Source of the DNA: Vicugna vicugna
Lineage: Eukaryota
Direction of reading: 5' to 3'
DNA: 25,489 bases
Assembly: GCA_013265495.1 (NCBI GenBank)
Contig: MU058769.1
Location: forward strand, 892,477 to 917,965
Position 1 is the first letter of the stretch, and the number at the start of each line of letters is the position of its first letter. Both the position numbers and the translations under genes were made by a program. The notes beneath the pieces were generated by a model. The model made no database searches, was not told where the DNA came from, and saw nothing but the letters and a program-made list of their open reading frames with translations. Below, piece after piece: positions 20,103-25,489 of the stretch.

Positions 20103-20940
20103 ATCCATTTATTCGGTCAACCAGGATTTACTGAGCATGGCTGGTCACAAAGATGAACACAGCTGATCCCTGCTTGCCAGGATTTTACCATCTGGAGGAA
20201 GAGAAAATGTGACCAGATAACTGCATACATGGGGGACATGTCCCGATGGAGATAATGTGTGTACACAGTTGTGTGGCAGCACAAGGGGCAGAGCCCAGCT
20301 GGGGTTGTGGAGGAGCATGGAGACCACTTCTCAAATGAGGGCATGCTTGAGCTGGGTCTTGAAAGATGGACAGGAAGTAGTAGGTGCCCAGGAAGCAGGG
20401 CAGGGAGAGGGGAGAGGGGCATTGGCAGGATTCAGAACAGGTGCGACAGCGCAGGGGCATTTGAGAACAGGGCATCTTTGGGGACCTTCAGGCTAGTCCA
20501 GTGCGGCTTGATGTGAGAGGGTGACTAGAGAGATGAATGGGACAGGTGGAACAGTCAGGTCTTAGGTGCCAGGACAAGGCATTCGAACCTTGTTCAGCAG
20601 CACGTGAGGGCTGCTGGTCAGTTTACTTCTTGGAATGGTCACTTTGGCCCTCTGTGGAGCCTGGACAGGAGGTCGGGGCACCTGGTGGGCGGCTGCAGTG
20701 AGAAACCAGAACAGAGGCAGTGGGGTCTGAACCAGGGCAGTAGGTAGGTTTGGGGCAGAGGGGACAGACACCAGAGAAACTTAGGAGGCAGGGCTTGCTG
20801 ACTGGATGGTCAGGGGGAGGTGAGAGGAGTTCAGGGTGACTTTGGATTCCTGGCTTGCAGGAGGAAGGGCAGGGAGACTGAGGGGGCTGCAGAATGAACG
20901 GAAGGTGATCCTCTTCTCATACACATGAGCATCTTGAGTG
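20103..20940 (-). mobile_element. LINE-2 3' portion
   Basis: ATTTACTGAGCA...TGAGCTGGGTCTTGAAAGATGGACAGGA...GGCATTGGCAGG..., purine-rich reverse L2. Right boundary approximate. Confidence 0.7.
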
Positions 20941-21469
20941 GGGGCTGGGGCCGGAGTGGTGCTTAGATGGGCTGGCTGGGCCCCCAGCTTCACTGCCCGG
21001 AGGAGACCTGGCTTAGGCAGCGCAGGCAGCTGCAGAACAGGCTGAGTGAGGGTTGTAGCTCCAGGGGAACCTGACCTGGGAGATGTTGGTGGGAGGGTGG
21101 GGGCGTGGGGAGGAGGGGCGCTGGAGGAGATGGAGTGGGGGATGGAGAAAGAGGGGCAGTTTGGTTCAGGGAACTGAGAGAAGGTCACCAAGTCACTCAA
21201 GATGCAGAAGCCAGAGCATTTAACACCCTTCTGGAATCTTTGAACTGACTACACGGGAAGAAGGAAGTCCGCGGGGCCCTGAGAGAATGCCCAGAGGTGA
21301 GGAGGCGAAAAGGTGTCTTAGCACCCCTGTCTTTGGGCATTTCAGGCCCTGCTAGAAGTCTGGAAGTGGCTGGAGTTCCACCTGAAGGCTGTGCCCTTTG
21401 TTTGGTTGTGGGAGGGGCAGAGGCACCTGAAAACACCTGTGTGGACAGTTTATGTAGCTGGAAGGGACC

Positions 21470-22287
21470 TGTGGTAGATTTCTAGTAAACACCCCTGCAG
21501 AAACCCTGATTCTTAGCTGAACGCTGTCAAGAACTGTGAAGGTCTGAGACTTTACTTACTCCCTGTGATAGCTGCTGGGAGCTGAGACTCCTGGGTCAGA
21601 GATGGACAGTTTATTACTCACAGCAATAGTAAGAGAAGAGTATCAGTCCTGCTTCCCACAGGGCTTTACAAAGACTACTGGGTGATGATGCCCGAACACA
21701 CAGTGTGTTGCATTTCAGGAGATGAACTGGAACTTGGGGAACCCAAATCTTTTATAACAGGCAGTTTGCCTGCTCTTTGCTCTGGAGGAGGGTACTATAT
21801 ACCTTCCATGGATCTTCATTATATCCTGATGATAATCTGGAACAAGTGACAGTTACTGCTTCACTTGCAAGATGTGGAGAAATGGAATAGAACCATGGAG
21901 AATTGTCTGCCAGGAAACACACGGCCATAGAAAACATTTCCCAGCCTCTCTTGGAGCTAGATGTAACCATCTAACTGAGTTGTGGTCTATTAAGCGTAAG
22001 CTTTTGTGTGAAATTGAAAAAACAAAAAGAAAAGAATAAAAGGCTGGCATGTGCCCTAAGCCCCTTCTTCCCATCTTTTCTCCTGATGGTTGGAATGTGG
22101 ATGTGATGTTGGAGTGTGAGCAGCTATGTTGGGCCAGGAGTGGCATGTAAGGACTAAGGATGGCAGAATCTCAGTTGCAAGGGACCTGGGTCTCTGATTA
22201 TCTTTGGACTTCTTTACATGAGAGAAAAAGAAACATCTGTCTTAACTTCTTTTGTATGTCCATCTGAACTTGATTCTAACTGATACA
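21470..22287 (+). mobile_element. ERVL LTR (LTR33-like) interrupted by a second LTR
   Basis: Starts TGTGGTAGAT, resumes ACATTTCCCAGCCTCTCTTGGAGCTAGATGTAACCAT, contains TGGAATGTGGATGTGATG and ends CTAACTGATACA. Confidence 0.7.
21525..21913 (-). mobile_element. ERVL LTR (LTR40-like)
   Basis: TGTCAAGAACTGTGAAGGTCTGAGA...GAGACTCCTGGGTCAGAGA...TTTATTACTCACAGCAATAG...CCATGGAGAATTGTCT matches my recollection of reverse-strand LTR40a. Confidence 0.72.
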
Positions 22288-23974
22288 GGCCTAGCACAAA
22301 GGAGGACCAATGGAGGGTTAAACTTGTAAGCAGAGAGAAAGATTGGGGCACATCTCCCCTTCCTCCTGCCTCAGCCTCAGCAGGGACAGGGGGAGGGGAT
22401 GGGGAGTCACCTCTGGCTTGTTCACCATCCACCGGTGATGCCCCATTCACAAGGGGGCCCGGCTGGCCACGCGACCCAGCAGCGTCCATTTGAAGGCAGC
22501 AGGCAACAAGCTGGCTTCATTCACAAACCCTGTCCTCCTTTGAAAACCAATCACTGTGCAAAGCGTGACTGGGTGGTGGCCAGCGCTGGCCCATCTGTCA
22601 TGCCCTTTCAGAGAGCCAGGCGTCGGCAGCCGGCCTGGGCCGAGCCAGCCCCTCTCCCTTTGTACCCCAGGGACACGCACTGTAACGAGATCACAGTGCC
22701 TACTGAATTATTCAGAGCCGCCCTGAGTGTCAGTGTTATTATAAACATGCAGATTTCTCCAGGCTGCAAACTCCCAAACCTCCAGCAGCCACCTCCCTCC
22801 AGGAGTTTTCATTGGCTGCTTTGTGCCTGTGATTTCAGGTTCCCCAGGCTGTGATGGCCTAATCTGCCTTTGACTAGTTCCTACCTGCCACCAGACATGA
22901 GGGCCTCCTTGTCCTTTACCCACCACTTCCCCAGGCCTCATTCTTTGCTCAACAGTTGTCCTCACTGCCACCCCAGCAGTCCTGCCCCTTCCCTGTCTCC
23001 TCCGGGCTTCACTGCCCAGGTTGGTGACATCAGTCTCTCCCAAGTGCCTGCCTGATGGGGACACATTAATAACAGGATCCTCCGCTTCTGTAGGTCTCTG
23101 TCTGATCTCTGTCCTCGTGGGGCTTTAAGCCTGTGGGTCTCCCCTCCCATCCCCATGTTCCAGCCCCAGCTCGGTCCTCCCCTTCCTCGCAAGTCCCAGG
23201 TTCCCGGTTCTCTCCGGAGTTGGTCTGAAGAATCCCCCCCAAGCTGGTAATGAGGCAGAGATGGTAATGCACATTTAAGAGTAATGAAATGCAGTGATAT
23301 TTCAGGCCTGACAGACCTATTTCTGGCAGCCTTAGAATTAAAGTGTGAGGCTTTGTACTGCAGCTGCTACTAGGCGCCTTCAGAGTTTTTCTAAAGATGT
23401 GAATAAAGCTTGCAGGGTTTCAGCTCAGATCACTGTGGCTATTTATCCTGCTGCTGCTTTCATTGTACCTTTTTATTTGAAATTTTAGAGCTTTTAGATG
23501 AAGGAAACGCAGCAGCAAGTGCAAAGCATACAAAATATCCTGGTGGGGGAGAATGTCCCGGTTTTTCTCTCAATTGTCCGTGACAGCTCTGGAGAGGAAG
23601 AGGGCTCCCAGGGCCTCCCAGCGTTGCCTCCATCTCCCCTTTGAGTGGACCCCTCCTGGATCCTTGCTCCGCCACAGCAGGAAGCGGGGCCTCGGGAGAA
23701 ATCTCTAGGAGGGAGTCCCTGCCGGCAAGATTGGTGGGGCCGGGCGCCACCAGCCCTCCCCACCCCTCATCGCTGTGAGCTGAGCCTACGGGACATGTGG
23801 CAGACAGGAGTAGACCCACTCTGGGCCAACAGTGAGAGCCCACTCTCCAGACTCCAGCCAGGAAAGCCGGCCTGCTGATCTCCGTCTTGGCACGCAGCCC
23901 CATCCCGCCACGGCCACCAGGAAGGCTGGAGCCATCCAGGAGGAGAGGTCATGGAAGGCAGGGGTGCAAAGTGG

Positions 23975-24175
23975 GGGCTCTTTTGGTTGTCAGACCAACC
24001 TGGGGGTGAATCCTGGCTCTGCTCACTAACTGCAGTGCCACGGGCAAGCCACCTACCCTTTTGGGCCTCAGTCTCCCCACCTGTAAAATGGAGATAATGA
24101 TGCACCTATCATTTAGATCCTTGTGATGTATGCAAGGTACCGGGCACGTCTCAAGCCACAATGTCTACTGTTAAT
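23975..24175 (+). mobile_element. MIR SINE
   Basis: GAATCCTGGCTCTGCTCACTAACTG...GGGCAAG...GCCTCAGTCTCCCCACCTGTAAAATGGAGATAATGA. Confidence 0.85.
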
Positions 24176-24269
24176 ATGAAAGTTGTCTCAGGAGTCAGGG
24201 TCGCTCGGCTTCCTGCCTGCCTGCCACTCACGGGCCGAGCCTCTTCCCCACTCCGGGGCAGTGGGAAGA

Positions 24270-24490
24270 GAAGGGGTTTGGAGTTAGATGGAAGCAGGTT
24301 CTAACCTGGCTCCTTTGTTTTCTGGCTTTGTGAGCTGGGCAGGTTGTTTAACCTCCCTGAGTCCCAGTTTCCTCATCTGTCAAAGCAGAGATGATGAGTG
24401 CTCACCTCGAAGTGTTCATGTGCGGCTTAACCGAGATCATCTTCATAAAGAGCCCGCCCCGCGCCTGGCTCACAGCAGGTGTTGCGTACA
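24270..24490 (+). mobile_element. MIR SINE
   Basis: GGGCAGGTTGTTTAACCTCCCTGAGTCCCAGTTTCCTCATCTGTCAA. Confidence 0.8.
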
Positions 24491-24589
24491 TCGTGGCTCC
24501 TTTCCCTACTCTCTTCTCCTCCCTCTGCTTCTGTTCAAAGGGGAGAAGTTTTAGATCCGGCCACCAGCTCACAGGAAATGCAGGAAGAA

Positions 24590-25210
24590 GACAAGCGTGT
24601 TAAATGACAGCAGGGGGATTCCGTTGGCAAAATCCAGAATTTGGGAAATTCTGTGGGACAGATGACCCAGAAGCCTCAATTGCTAAATGACAAGAGAGAG
24701 AGAGAGGGAGAACCAAATATGTGGACTTGGTTTGGATCCTGATTTGGACAAACCGACTGGGAAAAAAATAAGAGCAATCATCAGGGACATTTTGCTATTG
24801 GCTGGATTTTGATAATGCTAAGTAATGACTGCTAACGTCTTAGGTGTGGTAATGGTACTGTGGTCACTCTCATAAAGAGTCTTTTTTGAGGGGGTAGGCA
24901 ACTAGGATTACTTACTTATTTTGATGGAGGTGCTGGGATCGAGCCCCAGACCTTGTAGATGCTAAGCACGCGCTCTACCACTGAGCTCCTCAACTCTTAT
25001 AAAAAGTCTTTACCTTTTAGGACATATATTGAAGAAATTACAGATTAAATGATACGGTAATTGGGATCTGTTTTAAGACAATATTTAGTGGGCTGAGTGG
25101 GGACTGGGGCACACATGAAGCAAAATCGGCCATGTGTGGATAACAATTAAAGCTGGCTGATGGTGTATGGGGGGGTTGTTAAATTATTTTCTCTGCTTTT
25201 GTATAAAAAA
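24590..25210 (+). mobile_element. Old L1 (L1MC-like) 3' UTR, interrupted by a SINE
   Basis: GCAAAATCCAGAATTTGGGAAATTCT...TTTGGATCCTGATTTGGACAAACC...TTAGGTGTGGTAATGGTACTGTGGT...TTCTCTGCTTTTGTATA. Confidence 0.72.
24885..24992 (-). mobile_element. tRNA-derived camelid SINE (Vic-1-like), diverged copy
   Basis: Minus strand AGCTCAGTGGTAGAGCGCGTGCTTAGCATCTACAAGGTCTGGGGCTCGATCCCAGCACCTCC. 19-bp TSD ACTCTCATAAAGAGTCTTT (24866-24884) / ACTCTTATAAAAAGTCTTT (24993-25011). Confidence 0.85.
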
Positions 25211-25294
25211 GGCAGCGATCCTTTCTAGATGGGAGGTGTCTCTTCCGTCTGTCTGCCCTGTGCGTCCTTCCTAGCCCCGCCTCTGCTTCGGCTC

Positions 25295-25489
25295 CACCTC
25301 CTCCCTCGCCTGGACTGTCACAGCAGCCTCCTGCAGTCTCTCAGCCTTTGGTCGTTCTCCCAATCTCCTTCTCATTTGGCTGCCAAAGTTATCCTCCTAG
25401 AGCACAAATCAGATCATGTTACTAACCTGCTTAAAAATCTTTCGGTAGCTCCCTATTGCCAATAACCTATAGGAGTATAAAACCCTTAT
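25295..25489 (+). mobile_element. LINE-2 fragment running off the window
   Basis: CTCGCCTGGACTGTCACAGCAGCCTCC...CACAAATCAGATCATGTTACT...CCTGCTTAAAA. Confidence 0.75.

Noticed and set aside
22692..22730. CACAGTG recombination-signal heptamer
   Set aside because: No ACAAAAACC-like nonamer at 12- or 23-bp spacing, and this is not an antigen-receptor locus.
1..25489. CRISPR array, operon or other prokaryote-type system
   Set aside because: The sequence is clearly mammalian (SINE/LINE/LTR content, CpG islands, spliced gene), and I saw no regularly spaced repeat-spacer array.

Overview
Mammalian genomic DNA, very probably camelid (two tRNA-derived SINEs match my recollection of the Camelidae Vic-1 family). 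The only protein-coding sequence I can support is the first coding exon of CTDSP2 (SCP2, small CTD phosphatase 2) on the minus strand at 2398-2461. It encodes MEHGSIITQARREDALVLTKQ+G and ends at a phase-1 GT donor, inside a large CpG-island promoter (~1350-3430). Bases 1-2397 are intron 1. The remaining ~22 kb is upstream sequence holding two orphan CpG islands (~8.0-9.0 kb and ~18.1-18.8 kb), candidate enhancer blocks, and many interspersed repeats (MIR, L2, L1, HAL1, MER5A, a hAT-Charlie element, ERVL/MaLR LTRs, Vic-1). Several repeats are nested and have readable target-site duplications. I consider none of the supplied ORFs to be real genes. I found no convincing novel biological system. 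The best leads are regulatory: uORFs in the CTDSP2 leader, a possible divergent spliced transcript, and the orphan CpG islands with promoter and first-exon signatures. Repeat subfamily names are from memory of consensus sequences and need RepeatMasker/Dfam confirmation.
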